Source of the DNA: Andalucia godoyi And28
Taxonomy: Eukaryota > Protista > Jakobida
Length of the DNA: 64,000 nucleotides
Assembly (NCBI GenBank): GCA_009859145.1
Contig: VRVR01000059.1
Span: 1 to 64,000, forward strand
Direction of reading: 5' to 3'
The notes beneath the pieces are model-generated. The model worked only from the letters and a program-made list of their open reading frames with translations. It made no database searches and was not told where the DNA came from. This document shows, piece after piece, positions 1 to 12,445 of this stretch; position 1 is the stretch's first letter, and every line of letters begins with the position of its first letter. A program made the translations under genes and the position numbers.

Positions 1-63
1 GACCGCTTCGGAGACCACCCATTTGCGGTTCAACGAGGGAACCTAGCATAAACACTCCGTGCA

Positions 64-93
64 TTTTTGTTTTTGTTTTTGTTTTTGTTTTTG
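64..93. repeat. (TTTTTG)5 microsatellite
   Basis: Read directly from the sequence. Confidence 0.9.
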
Positions 94-309
94 GTCGCAC
101 ATTCCTGATCGTAATCCATTGATTTCCTGGCGTCGGCGCCCGTCGACCATTCGACATGTATTCGCCATCAACACCCACGATGGGGAGACGATTCGAGTGT
201 CTGAACATCTGGAGAAAAATGACCGACTGCTTTCAAAGTTGGGGAAAACGTTGTCAAGCTCATTCTGGAACGTGACTGACTTCAATCGCAGTTGGTGCTG
301 TTTTTCCAG

Positions 310-1425
310 ATGGATCGTCTTGTTTTGGCTTCACACGCATCACTGAAGGGTGACTACGAGTCTGCGGATGCTGTGTACGAGTCTGTGAAGCGCTATTATG
401 GAAAGGTCCTTTGCTGTTCTGCGGACTTGAAGACGTCTGCTTGTTGCACAGCGGGTCGACCTCCCGGCTGGCTGCGATCCATCCTGTCTCGCGTTCCAGA
501 GGAGATTATGTCCAAGTACTATGGATGTGGGACCCCTTTGCACACCGGAATCGACGGCCTCCACGTGCTGGACTTGGGGTCTGGTTCTGGTAGGGATTGC
601 TATGTCGCTGCTGCGTTGGTCGGCCCCACCGGTTCTGTAACGGGAGTGGACATGACTGTTGAGCAGCTCGACGTTTCGCGGCGCCATGCTGATTCGTATT
701 GCAAGAATGATTTGCAGTATCCGACCACGAATCTTCGATTTGTTCAGGGTTTCATCGAATACTTGGATCGTGCCGGCATTGCAGATTCGTCCATTGATCT
801 TGTCATTTCGAATTGTGTCGTCAATCTGTCTCCGTCCAAAGCACGGGTGCTGAGCGAAGTGTTCCGTGTGTTGCGTAATGGCGGGGAGTTCTTCTTTTCC
901 GATGTATTCTGTGATCGACGCCTGCCGCAAAGTGTTCGCGAAAACGAGCTGCTGCTCGGTGAATGCATCGGCGGAGCATTGTATGTGAATGACTTCTTGG
1001 AACTGTGTTCCGGCGTTGGATTCGCAGACCCCCGCCGCGTTTCCATCCGTCCAATTGCTGTTGAGAATGAGGAGCTTGCTGCCATCGTCGGTAATGCACG
1101 GTTCTTCTCGATCGAGTGGCGCCTCTTCAAGATTGCCGGTCTTGAACCGAATTGCGAGGACTACGGCCAATCAGCGGTGTATCGCGGCGGAATTCTTGGT
1201 TCTACTGCTTTGTATCGTCTAGATGACAAGCACACCTTTGAAGCTGGAAGACCGGAGCGCGTCTGCGGAAACACTGCCTTGATGTTAGCGAACACCTGGC
1301 TTGGAAAGTACTTTGCTGTTCACGGCGACACTGATGTTCATTTTGGCAGTTTCCCTTGTGCACCGACGTTGGCAGCGAGGAACGACGAATCAAATTCCGC
1401 ACCTGCTCCAAGTTCTTGTTGTTGA
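310..1425 (+). CDS. AS3MT: arsenite methyltransferase (AS3MT/ArsM family)
   Basis: SAM motif I VLDLGSGSGRD. Conserved Cys motifs LKTSACC, YYGCGTP, ISNCVVNL and GECIGGAL. C-terminal CC. First ATG taken at 310. Confidence 0.93.
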   Translation: MDRLVLASHASLKGDYESADAVYESVKRYYGKVLCCSADLKTSACCTAGRPPGWLRSILSRVPEEIMSKYYGCGTPLHTGIDGLHVLDLGSGSGRDCYVAAALVGPTGSVTGVDMTVEQLDVSRRHADSYCKNDLQYPTTNLRFVQGFIEYLDRAGIADSSIDLVISNCVVNLSPSKARVLSEVFRVLRNGGEFFFSDVFCDRRLPQSVRENELLLGECIGGALYVNDFLELCSGVGFADPRRVSIRPIAVENEELAAIVGNARFFSIEWRLFKIAGLEPNCEDYGQSAVYRGGILGSTALYRLDDKHTFEAGRPERVCGNTALMLANTWLGKYFAVHGDTDVHFGSFPCAPTLAARNDESNSAPAPSSCC

Positions 1426-1706
1426 CCCGTCGAGCATTCGCTTGCAGATAGCCAGGAAATCACTGCAGTAAAAAAAATACATTTAAAAAAAAAGGTAAGA
1501 AACGAAAGAATGCTGCGTTTTGGAACCTTATCTTTCCCATGCCAAAACGTACGTAACACGCGGAATATCACCGGGACCCAGTATCTCCGAGTATGAGAGG
1601 CCGAGCTGCCGTGCTTCTCTCCCTCGTTTTTTTCCCCCTCATAATTACTGTGATTATCACCATCTCCTGCGTTGCTAAGGGGACGTTAAATATTTCGAGT
1701 AGGAGA

Positions 1707-2381
1707 ATGAGCCTTGCTCGTGCATTCGTTGGAGAGTTTGCACTGTGTGCGTCTTGGATTGTTGTATCCGAGATTGCAGCAAAGGAGGTGTCTGAGCATG
1801 TGCAGCCGGAGATGGTTGCGCCGCTCAGTCGAGTGCCCGTGGCGATGGTGGTCCTGATGATAGTATTTTCGCAATTGTTCCCTCGCGACATTGTGAATCC
1901 CACGCTGACTTTCTCGCTGTTTGCGACGGGCCGTTTGAAGCTTGCAGAGTGTTTGGTTCGAATGGCTGGACAGTTTGCAGGGCTTTGGGCGGGATGCACT
2001 GTTGCGTACGGAACGTGGAAGTATCCGATCATCCTATCATCGGTCACTTCGGTCAACGAGCTGTCTGCAGTGAACAGTGAAATCGTCTGCAGCGCAATTG
2101 GAATGTTCATCATGATGGCAACAGGCCCGTCGCTGGGCCGTGCTGCTTGCCTGGTCAATGCGCCACTGAATGTCCAGCTGGGGCAGATTGCAAAGATTGC
2201 TCCTACTATGAACTTTCTGTATCCATTCGCTGCGTGTTTGGGTCGCGGATCGTTTGCAGGATTCCATCCATACGTGCACTTTGTCGCTCCGCTAGTGGGA
2301 GGCATCCTTGCATCCTTGGCCACTGTCTTTATTTCCTCTGCTGCTGTGTCCAAGGCGTCCAAGAAACAAAAGTCGGATTGA
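1707..2381 (+). CDS. MIP/aquaporin-family channel, atypical (SIP/superaquaporin-like)
   Basis: Hydrophobic helices with N-terminal GEF, first loop motif VNPT (NPA variant), degenerate second motif MNFL, and terminal VAPLVGGILA. An alternative upstream ATG lies at 1593. Confidence 0.72.
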   Translation: MSLARAFVGEFALCASWIVVSEIAAKEVSEHVQPEMVAPLSRVPVAMVVLMIVFSQLFPRDIVNPTLTFSLFATGRLKLAECLVRMAGQFAGLWAGCTVAYGTWKYPIILSSVTSVNELSAVNSEIVCSAIGMFIMMATGPSLGRAACLVNAPLNVQLGQIAKIAPTMNFLYPFAACLGRGSFAGFHPYVHFVAPLVGGILASLATVFISSAAVSKASKKQKSD

Positions 2382-2431
2382 GCACTCGAGGTGACAAAGA
2401 CGTGATGCGTACTATTAAGATTAATGTTTCT

Positions 2432-2474
<43 letters not shown>

Positions 2475-2542
2475 TTATCATTATTTTAATTTTAAAAAAG
2501 TGTACGGTAGCAACTGTTATGCGTCCAGTGGTTTTCTCGTGC

Positions 2543-5323
2543 CTAATTGTGCAGCTTCTTCGCTTGAAGTCTCGTCATGTAGCGAGGGTTTGTCGCAGAT
2601 CCTGGCTCCGGGGCCAGACTGTATCGGGATCGCGGCTTCTCCTGTTGAAGATGGGAACCCACTGGAGACTGTCGGCGGTTTAGATCGGGGCTCATCAGAT
2701 TCAAACCGGGGGAGTCAAAGGACGGGGCGACTCGAGGAACGGGACTTCGCACAAGGGACCCAGGGAGAGGGCTTGCATTGGACAGAGGACTAACCGCAGC
2801 AAAGGACCGCTCATGCCCGTCGGCAGCATGCGAAACGGGCGACCTGTGCTGTGAAGCAGCATTGTCGAAACGCGAAGCCTCCGGGGATTTCGGAGAAACA
2901 GGCAGCAAACGGACAGCCGAAGAGGCCGGCAGCAGGCTTGAACGAATGTCCACCAGTGATTGCGGGGGTGACGCAAGGCGGGAGAGATTCGATGCAGATG
3001 TCATCCTAGCGAACCATGAAGATGTATTTGCCGGGAGGTTCGCCGGTTCCACAGCTGGTGAGCCGACTGCATGGAGCGGTGAGGTCGCAACGCGAAACTC
3101 CCGACTGCTCAACGGGCTGTTGATCGCAGCACGAACGGGAGTGGACTCTTTGACGGTCAATGGAAGATTTGGGCGAGGAGAAGAAGAAGCGCTCGGAACA
3201 GTGATGGGACCAGTGATGGGACCAGGACTTGCAGTGCGACTGGCAGACAAAACCTGAGGGGAAACAGCGTTTGATAGTTCAGAAAAAATGTTCGGAAAAC
3301 GATCTCCATCTCGTGGAATGCCTTGGAGACTGCTCGCAGGAGTGGGGCGACCAGCCATCGGAGACCGACCAGCATGTGCAGAGGGAAAGTGCATGCCAGG
3401 AGAAGTGCCACCCACTATCTTTCCCGGCGAATCTCGATAAGAGAACAATTCGTCTGCAATAATTGGGTCCGACGGTGAGAAAGAACGGCCGATCGCACTC
3501 TGTAGGTACGAAGGAACCCCTGCTTGAGAAACCCGATTAGAAGCTGAAAGAAAGAGCTCAAAATCCTTTCGGATCAGCAGAAACGGGCACAGCAATTGAG
3601 GATGAATCGCTGCCAAGCCTTTGGAAAACGAGGAAAGCTCGTCTTCTGACATCGGCAGTTCTGCTGCCTTGGCAAGGAGAGAACTCGACACACAGTGTCT
3701 TGCAAGAACTGACATATCAACGTTCCGTGCAGACATGTACGCGTATGCGTCTTGCACATCTTGGAAACGCATGAAGGCGGAGACGACTCTTTCTGTTGAT
3801 AAGAACACCGCATCTTGTGCAGCAATCATTGACAAGTCGCCAATCGCAAACAATTCTTCGTCCACCATTGCTCGCAGAAATCGGAAGCTAAAGACATGAG
3901 TCGAAATTATCCGCAAGCACCTTGTCAACTCCATACACTGGTCATTGGCACTCCGGATGACGTCCAGTGCTGACAGTGCATCGGCAAAATTGACGTCCGC
4001 GGGAGCCAGACAGCTGTTCACTAGCTTCGACAAGATCAGATGGCGATCAATCCAGGTTGTTTTCGAAATATGTACACAGAAAACAACAGAAAACAAGGGT
4101 ACTCCAAATGGCAAGTCGCTGCAGATTGTCAAAAGTTTTGGATAGTCCAGAATCCCATTTCCTGTTTGCACAGAAGTCAGCTGCAGAGATCGAAACAGCA
4201 ACGACAGACTGGCGGAGCTACAGGGCTGCTGGCTCAACCGCGTTGGATCAACCGACAGTGACCCCAACAAGCCGGTAAGCGCAAACAAAAACTCCAAAAA
4301 CGACATTTTGAAGACATCATTTTGGGCGGCAACATCCTGTAACCACTGCGAATGCAAGGAAGGCCAAAACTGGTCCATCATCCATACGCCTGCAGAGCTC
4401 TTGCTCCAAACGCTGCAGAGCCAGGTGAGTGCGGTGCTCTGCGAGGTCGGATGCACGAAGGGACCTTTCTGATGACTGTCCGCAACAAAGTCCCACAGAA
4501 CACTCTGTGCGTTTCCGATGCGATCAACCGACCGAATGCAGACAGACGTTTCCGCGACGTCTTCGATGTTTTCAATTTCTGCATTTGCAAGCGCCGCGAA
4601 CTCTGCAATCCGAGCGGCTGCGGGAGGAGCTCCGAGATCCAGAACATGAACAACGCGCTGCGCACTGACCATCAACAGATATCGCAAGCTAGCATGCAGC
4701 AGCACGCGCGATACATTCCTGACAACCGGCAACGAAGATGCCTGCACACACACAAATCGATCGAACACGACACTGCAGGGGACGTCCGCAAGCGAGTATC
4801 CGTCCGTTATCTCCAGCGTTCCTTCCGGGGCCTCGACATGCATAACGAAGATCCTTGGCAGCGCGACACAGACAACGCAGTTCCCTCTAAGTGCCGCAAA
4901 CTCGGGAGCAAACGGCAGTACAAACGACCCGCACATGGATCCGCAGTGGTAGTCAATGAGCAGCAGAAATGGATCGTCAAACTCCTTTCCCGCAAACAAG
5001 ATGAACGACTGCGACACGAGTCGAATACTCGCTCGCGACGCTGATGCGGGCACTGCGCAGGCCCAGCGAATCTCCATTGGCGGCGGTATTGCCTCTGTTA
5101 CTGTCTGTGTCTGTGCATGGGCTTGATTTTGAGCATCGGCGTTCCGATCTCGCGCAGACGGTACGGCGGCTGCTCGGTCCACACGAAACAGCATCGCAAA
5201 CGACACACAAGACGGTTGGAACGCACATACAATGCACGACGCATCCGACACCACTTCGAACCAACAGATCTCCGACGCGTCTCGACGCAGAACCGCAGCC
5301 AGTTCTCCAACTTGCACGTCCAT
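2543..5323 (-). CDS. large hypothetical protein; beta-rich N-terminus, helical middle, SP-rich disordered tail (weakly ELYS-like architecture)
   Basis: 926-aa ORF from ATG 5323. Architecture judged by eye; no diagnostic motif. Confidence 0.6.
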   Translation of the reverse strand: MDVQVGELAAVLRRDASEICWFEVVSDASCIVCAFQPSCVSFAMLFRVDRAAAVPSARDRNADAQNQAHAQTQTVTEAIPPPMEIRWACAVPASASRASIRLVSQSFILFAGKEFDDPFLLLIDYHCGSMCGSFVLPFAPEFAALRGNCVVCVALPRIFVMHVEAPEGTLEITDGYSLADVPCSVVFDRFVCVQASSLPVVRNVSRVLLHASLRYLLMVSAQRVVHVLDLGAPPAAARIAEFAALANAEIENIEDVAETSVCIRSVDRIGNAQSVLWDFVADSHQKGPFVHPTSQSTALTWLCSVWSKSSAGVWMMDQFWPSLHSQWLQDVAAQNDVFKMSFLEFLFALTGLLGSLSVDPTRLSQQPCSSASLSLLFRSLQLTSVQTGNGILDYPKLLTICSDLPFGVPLFSVVFCVHISKTTWIDRHLILSKLVNSCLAPADVNFADALSALDVIRSANDQCMELTRCLRIISTHVFSFRFLRAMVDEELFAIGDLSMIAAQDAVFLSTERVVSAFMRFQDVQDAYAYMSARNVDMSVLARHCVSSSLLAKAAELPMSEDELSSFSKGLAAIHPQLLCPFLLIRKDFELFLSASNRVSQAGVPSYLQSAIGRSFSPSDPIIADELFSYRDSPGKIVGGTSPGMHFPSAHAGRSPMAGRPTPASSLQGIPRDGDRFPNIFSELSNAVSPQVLSASRTASPGPITGPITVPSASSSPRPNLPLTVKESTPVRAAINSPLSSREFRVATSPLHAVGSPAVEPANLPANTSSWFARMTSASNLSRLASPPQSLVDIRSSLLPASSAVRLLPVSPKSPEASRFDNAASQHRSPVSHAADGHERSFAAVSPLSNASPLPGSLVRSPVPRVAPSFDSPGLNLMSPDLNRRQSPVGSHLQQEKPRSRYSLAPEPGSATNPRYMTRLQAKKLHN

Positions 5324-5508
5324 TGCAAACACCAGGTCGCACAGCAACGACTTCCAAAACAAAACAACAACAAAATTGAGATAATGAAATAATGAAAAAA
5401 TTGGGAAATTTGGGAAAACAAAAGGCAATGAGAAAATGCAAGGTGCGAAGGCTTTTACAGTTGGTGTTGCGGTATTTTTACTGTTCCAGGTTAAGCCCAG
5501 CATGCTGA

Positions 5509-6399
5509 CTACTGTTTCCTCTTGTCGGAGGCGACGTACGGGATGCAGTTGGCGATCCAGCAGAGGCGAGGGACTCGACCTCCCGAGTACTCAAGGTGTT
5601 CCATGTCGATCCATGTTCCGAGAACGAGTGAGAGGTAGCACGCACAGCCCGTGAGCACGTGCCAGTATGCATGCAGCTGCAGGAAGGCTCGTACGGGGTA
5701 CTGGAACTGCGAGAGGAATCCGCATGCATGGATGTCAGTGAGCCAGAGGGAGAATGCGGCGAGCCAGAGACCGACCCAGAGATACATGATTCTGCGTATG
5801 GATGCGTTTTTCATGTCGTTGTGCAAAGCAACGTACCGCGCGAGCACGAGGAGAACCATGAGTCCAAAAATGACTCGAAAGAGGTTGGGGACAGCGTGGA
5901 AGACGACCATTCCAAGGAATGACGATAGTAAGAAGACCGTGAGTGATGCTGCGAGGTATGGGGACGGTCGCGAGATGCCGTAAAAGTACAGTGCGACTCC
6001 AAGCAGCATGCTGAACTCGTCGAGGTCCTGGCCAAAACGCGAGAGTGTCGCATGGAACCAGAACGACCCAATCCCAATCACCAGACACGCAAGACACAAA
6101 AAGAAGAACTTTGCGCCATATTTGTACTTTTTCGCAAGCACGAGGCCAAGAACCGACGGGATAATATACGACAAATTCGACCACGTGTTGAAAAACTCTG
6201 CAATCATCGGATGAAACTCGTAGTTCAGCTCACACCAGTCCACGGAACTCGTCGGTGCGCCCCAGTATCCCACCGCAGGAACCTTCCACAGTGGATTCGC
6301 AGACGCCCCAAACACATATGGAAACAACAGATCAATCAGCATCATCGTGTGTTCTTTCGCAACATGAATCAATTCATTCATTACTCCCAGAAACCCCAA
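5509..6399 (-). CDS. alkaline ceramidase (ACER3/YPC1-like, CREST family)
   Basis: YWGAPTSSVDWCELNY...AEFFNTWSN, GSFWFHATL, DEFSM and LHAYWHVLTG motifs. Confidence 0.93.
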   Translation of the reverse strand: MGFLGVMNELIHVAKEHTMMLIDLLFPYVFGASANPLWKVPAVGYWGAPTSSVDWCELNYEFHPMIAEFFNTWSNLSYIIPSVLGLVLAKKYKYGAKFFFLCLACLVIGIGSFWFHATLSRFGQDLDEFSMLLGVALYFYGISRPSPYLAASLTVFLLSSFLGMVVFHAVPNLFRVIFGLMVLLVLARYVALHNDMKNASIRRIMYLWVGLWLAAFSLWLTDIHACGFLSQFQYPVRAFLQLHAYWHVLTGCACYLSLVLGTWIDMEHLEYSGGRVPRLCWIANCIPYVASDKRKQ

Positions 6400-6683
6400 A
6401 CAAAAGAAAAAAAAAAAAAAAAAAACCCCTCTAATATGATAAAATCACAAGCCTGAGCTGAAGAGAGTGTGTGTATAGCAATAACCAATAACGGCACGTT
6501 GTGCTCGGCGAATGTTTGACGTTCTCTTCAGGAAAGAAGATGAAATAGAAGTACAAGTTGTGTGTGTAGTAGAAGTTGAAGTACGTTATCCGAGTCGTTG
6601 TCGTTTTTGGGGGGTTGTTTTTCTTCTTGATCTTGCTTTATGATTTTCCCGAAAGCAATGGAAAGGTGACGGAGCGGAAAGAA

Positions 6684-7687
6684 ATGTGGCTATATATCCG
6701 CCAATCCGCGGTGGCCGAGTTCCCCAATGAGCTTACTACAGTCGGGAATGTCGGGCATGTTTTTGTGGATGAACGAGAGAAATCGTCCGGCAGACGAGGA
6801 AGCAGGACACACGAAAACGACTTTTCTGAGTGGCTGACTTATCTGAGTGGCGAACGGAGAGTGGGGTGGTGGTGCATGCGAGAAGAGAGTGGATGATATG
6901 CCGACGAGTGGGGCGGCTCGAGGTTCTTGACGAGCCGATTGAACTGAGGTTGCGTGTTTCGATCCCGGTTCCGAACCTGGACATGCTGCTGCATCTGGTT
7001 CCAACGGCGTGGCAGCGACTGACTGTGTCTAAAGCAGATGAGATGACGAGCTATGTCGAGCGGTATCGACGCAGGGTCGATGCGCTGCGGGGTGCAGATC
7101 CCACACACAGAATGGACTTGTACAGAGCGTGTGTCTACATTGCGCTGTTTGACCGCGTCAAGCACGACATTGTCGAGAGCCTCGCGCTCGACGAAGCCAC
7201 AATTATGGACTGCATTTCACACAGAAAGAACATGGCAAGACTCGTTGCATCGTCGCTTCCCGATCCCGTCTTTCTGCAGTTCCCGCAGTTTGCTCCGTGG
7301 TTTTTCGTCTTGGCACAGCCGGATCTTGACATTCTCCGCGACACCACGGGGAACGGACACATTGGAGCGCGGGTGCTAGATCGCATGATTCTGACAAGCT
7401 CCGAGCTGCAACGACGGATGGACACAGTTGTACGCAACTTTTGTCAACACAGTGCGGTTGGACGGGCCGCCCTGTTGGACGACATGCCTGTCGGCGGAGC
7501 TGATGACGATTCAGATCGCGGATTTGCAGTGTTTTCAAAGTGGGCTCGCGGCGAGGTGGAGCGGAGGAGCGACGAGCTCATTCCGGTGATCCAACGACTC
7601 ATAGCAGAGATTCGCAGACTGAACTCGCGGTTAATGGAGGTGCAACGCCGTCGAAAAGCCATCGAAGACATGAAGCTCAGCTCGTGA
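6684..7687 (+). CDS. hypothetical protein split over two overlapping frames (frameshift, sequencing error or short intron near 6830-6915)
   Basis: ORFs 6576-6896 and 6830-7687 both look protein-like and overlap. C-terminal coiled coil. Confidence 0.45.
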
Positions 7688-7773
7688 ACTCAGCTCTTCG
7701 ATGCAGTTTGAGGTAAGTCCGCTGTCCCGTGGTGTGGGCCTCCCACAATGGGATTGCAGGCAAGTACCATCAT

Positions 7774-8191
7774 CCTCCAACCCAAAACCTCTCTCCAAAC
7801 ATTTGGCTCGCATGCTGCGCCTCAAAAAAACAGATTTATTTAGTGTAAAGTGACTTTTACAATCCGCATCAGCGCCCATCCAATGAGTTCCCCTTTTGAG
7901 TGGGACATCCGTGGGTCCGCGCACCCCAAAACAGAGACAACCTATTTTCCTGTTCAGAGCTCTCGAGCTGATCAGTGATTGCATTCGTTAGAAAACCGTT
8001 TTGGACCTTGGGAACCAAGAGGAAAACTAGGGATTTTTCAACGAGCTTCTTTTATTGCCATTTTCGCATTTTTTTAAATCCGCTTGTTCATTTCTCGGCT
8101 GTCAATCGAGCGGGATATTTGTATTTGATTTCTGTTTGATTTGGCAGTGGGTTGTGCGCCCACACACAAAAGTGAGAGAGAGAGAGAGAGA

Positions 8192-8239
<48 letters not shown>

Positions 8240-8381
8240 GCCGCGGCGGAGGAATCATCGATTAAAAAGGGATGCGGCTGTCGATATTCGACAGTGTCTC
8301 ATTGGGCCTTAATCTGCACACCCTCAGCCATACTATCCGATGATCTTCACAGCCGTCCACCAGTCGTTTTTGGGCTGGAGG
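7774..8381 (+). mobile_element. non-autonomous TIR element (MITE), copy 1
   Basis: Ends CCTCCAACCCAAAA...TTTTGGGCTGGAGG. Near-identical inverted copy at 38506-39116. Internal (GA)n tract. Confidence 0.8.
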
Positions 8382-8389
8382 ATGTATTT

Positions 8390-10360
8390 TTAATAAACAG
8401 CTCTTTTCCCCCAAATTCTTGTTCGAATGCCCTTGTTTGCAGAAGAAGGACTCGATCGGGCCAGCAGCGTCGTCTTTCGAAGAGGAGACTTTGGGCTCGT
8501 AGGAGGGGATCTCATGTCCTTCATCCGTGGAGATCCTGGCATGATGGCCGAGCTCGAAACAGAAGGCGATGGAGATGGGGTCGGAGATGCGGGCAATGAT
8601 GATGGAGATGCGGGTAGGGAGGAAGGAGATGATGTCGCATCACCGGAGCCAGGCAGAGACGTCCCGTCCAGCCAATACACAACCGCGTTTGGCCACTCTG
8701 TCGACACACGCTGCTGGTTGCACAGAGCAGAAAAAACCACCGTCAAGTGCTTCTTTGCCGTCTGCACGTCCACCACAACAATAACTCCTGGGCTGAGCGA
8801 AGGGGCTCCTTCTGCGGAGGACTCTTGCAGACCTCCAGCCAGCGGCCCCTTCATTGCCCCGCTGTCGTCGTCGTCGGCGCCGGCGGTGCATCGAAATGTT
8901 TTCACGGTCACATACTCGGTTGCACTAAACTCTCGTGTGAACATCAAGCCATCGACATCGACAATGTCATAGCCAGCGTCCATGGAATTGCGCACGAGGT
9001 CCAGGAAGCGACAATCGGCGTCTGCCCGGCGCCCGGACGCGGCTGATTCATAGAAGCGAATTCTCTCGATCTTTGGCTGGCGCTGAACCTTGAATTTCTT
9101 CACTTCCAGAGCCTTCCCCGCAGTCAGCGCTAGAAACCCAGACGGATACAAGAACTCTCGATGAGTCAATACGCAACACGACACGGCGTCGCTTCGAGAT
9201 ACGAGGGGATAGAAACACGGCAGCTCAGACTCACCGCCGTTGACCACGAGAGAAAACGCATTCCACTGCATGACGTGGCACGACTGGCTGAACGACGTAA
9301 CGCAAGGGTGGGTGGTATCCAAATACAAAATCGGAACGGGGCCAGCAGAGGCCTTCACATCTACCATACGGGACGCATACGACTCATAGGATGCATTGAA
9401 CCAGCAACTCGTGGACTCCTCCAGCAGTCTCGCAAACCGGTTCTGCAGCATCACATAGTCCTTTTTCCTAAGCGGCTCCAGATGATCCACTGTGTCGTCG
9501 TGCAAAACGGAATCCCGGATGGGTAGCACGCTCACTCCGCCTTGAAACCGCCCTTTCCATGGAATCGGATTCTCCGACAAGGCCTCCACAAGCCGAGCCG
9601 AGCATCCTCGCTGAAACCCGACGTGCAAATCAATCGCGGTGCACTTTGCACCGGGTGGTGGTGGCGTATCGCGAAGCAAGCCAACCAACGCGCCAAACCG
9701 TACATTCCCGTCCGCAAGCTGCCAACTGTCATGATCACATACGTTGCCAAGAACCGCAATCTCCAGCTTGTTTGCCGTGCACCCAAGGACAGTTTCTTTG
9801 ATGAGTGCTTCTGCGTCCGCCCGCGACGGATTACACACGACGCGCACTCTGAAGAACTGGTTGACGGACACATTTTTCGTCTCCAAGGACCGCGCAAGAC
9901 TGTCGTCCAGCTGGAAATGATCCAGCAACGCATTTGTCGTGCACACTCCCCCGTGCTTCTCGTCCCGCAATGCAAGCCCGTGGATAACCAAGATTTCGTG
10001 CGGAGCATGAAACCCAAGAACATGGTCCATCAGATCAAATGCATAGTGCCCCGTGACGTCCACAAGCCTTTGGCAGTAACTCTGTCTCCAGAACAGCATA
10101 AATGTCCTGCTGCGCTGCCCAACACACGCCTGGATCCATGAGTCATGCGCCAGCCCCGCTTTCACAAGCTCAGCCAGCTCTTCGTCGCTGATGAACAGTG
10201 GCTTGCGCGCAAGCATCTGCGGTCGCTTGTATGCATCCCACCACACCGTCCGGATCGTCGACTCCAGCTCCGACGACGCGTGCAGCACATATACCAGAGT
10301 CCCCGGCGTTGACTCGGACACTCTCCGAATTGCCTCGACACTCAGCTTCCACCCATCCAT
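8390..10360 (-). CDS. hypothetical protein (656 aa, Ser/Pro-rich C-terminus)
   Basis: Long ATG-initiated ORF with globular composition; family not recognised. Confidence 0.7.
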   Translation of the reverse strand: MDGWKLSVEAIRRVSESTPGTLVYVLHASSELESTIRTVWWDAYKRPQMLARKPLFISDEELAELVKAGLAHDSWIQACVGQRSRTFMLFWRQSYCQRLVDVTGHYAFDLMDHVLGFHAPHEILVIHGLALRDEKHGGVCTTNALLDHFQLDDSLARSLETKNVSVNQFFRVRVVCNPSRADAEALIKETVLGCTANKLEIAVLGNVCDHDSWQLADGNVRFGALVGLLRDTPPPPGAKCTAIDLHVGFQRGCSARLVEALSENPIPWKGRFQGGVSVLPIRDSVLHDDTVDHLEPLRKKDYVMLQNRFARLLEESTSCWFNASYESYASRMVDVKASAGPVPILYLDTTHPCVTSFSQSCHVMQWNAFSLVVNGGESELPCFYPLVSRSDAVSCCVLTHREFLYPSGFLALTAGKALEVKKFKVQRQPKIERIRFYESAASGRRADADCRFLDLVRNSMDAGYDIVDVDGLMFTREFSATEYVTVKTFRCTAGADDDDSGAMKGPLAGGLQESSAEGAPSLSPGVIVVVDVQTAKKHLTVVFSALCNQQRVSTEWPNAVVYWLDGTSLPGSGDATSSPSSLPASPSSLPASPTPSPSPSVSSSAIMPGSPRMKDMRSPPTSPKSPLRKTTLLARSSPSSANKGIRTRIWGKRAVY

Positions 10361-10734
10361 TTGCCTCTCACTGCAATACCTGCAAATCTCCCGGAAACCA
10401 GCACTTTTGAGTGAAAAAAGAACTGAAAAAGACTCTAAATCATAAGAAATTATAAGAAAAAAATACGAAAGAAACTAGCGAAAAAACAAGAGTGAAACGA
10501 GAATTGAGAGACACGACTTTTTGGGTAAGCGGGAGGCGGAATGAACGCCCTCCCGTTGGTGGCAGCATCAAGCGTACGCATTCAGAGACTACAGCTGGAA
10601 ATCGAATCGAGCCACAGACAGACAGACAGGCAGAGAATTTTATTACCGGGCGACTCTGGACTGCTGATGCAAGCTGGCTCCGCTGCAGCACGTGTGGCCC
10701 AATTAGACGAGTGGGAATTCTTAATTTTGCATAG

Positions 10735-12086
<1,352 letters not shown>

Positions 12087-12445
12087 AATCGCTAATCCCT
12101 TCAACAACAGCAGCAACAACAGCAGCAGCAACAACAGCAGCAGCAACAACAAAAGCAAACAGTAATAATAATGCACTATAATAATGTACGATCAACAAGC
12201 AGAAAATGCCGGGGGAAGGCAATGAAGGAAAGGCGAGAGGACACACGACCAAGGCCCCTTCAAGTCGCGGTCGGGATTTTTGTTTCCGTCGCGTCAACCG
12301 ACAGCATCAAGTGCTCGCAATGCGCCATGCAATTTTTGTTACAGCTGGTTGAGGAAAATGGAAGAGGAACGATGCGTTTTTTTACTTGGTCGGTGGACGA
12401 CGCCCCTGCGATACACTGCATGTCCGATGAAGACCTGCATCATGA

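Noticed and set aside
1414-1500. AS3MT ends Cys-Cys-TGA, suggesting possible selenocysteine readthrough
   Set aside because: No AUGA/AA/GA SECIS core downstream. C-terminal Cys pairs are known in ArsM proteins, and the downstream sequence is AT-rich spacer.
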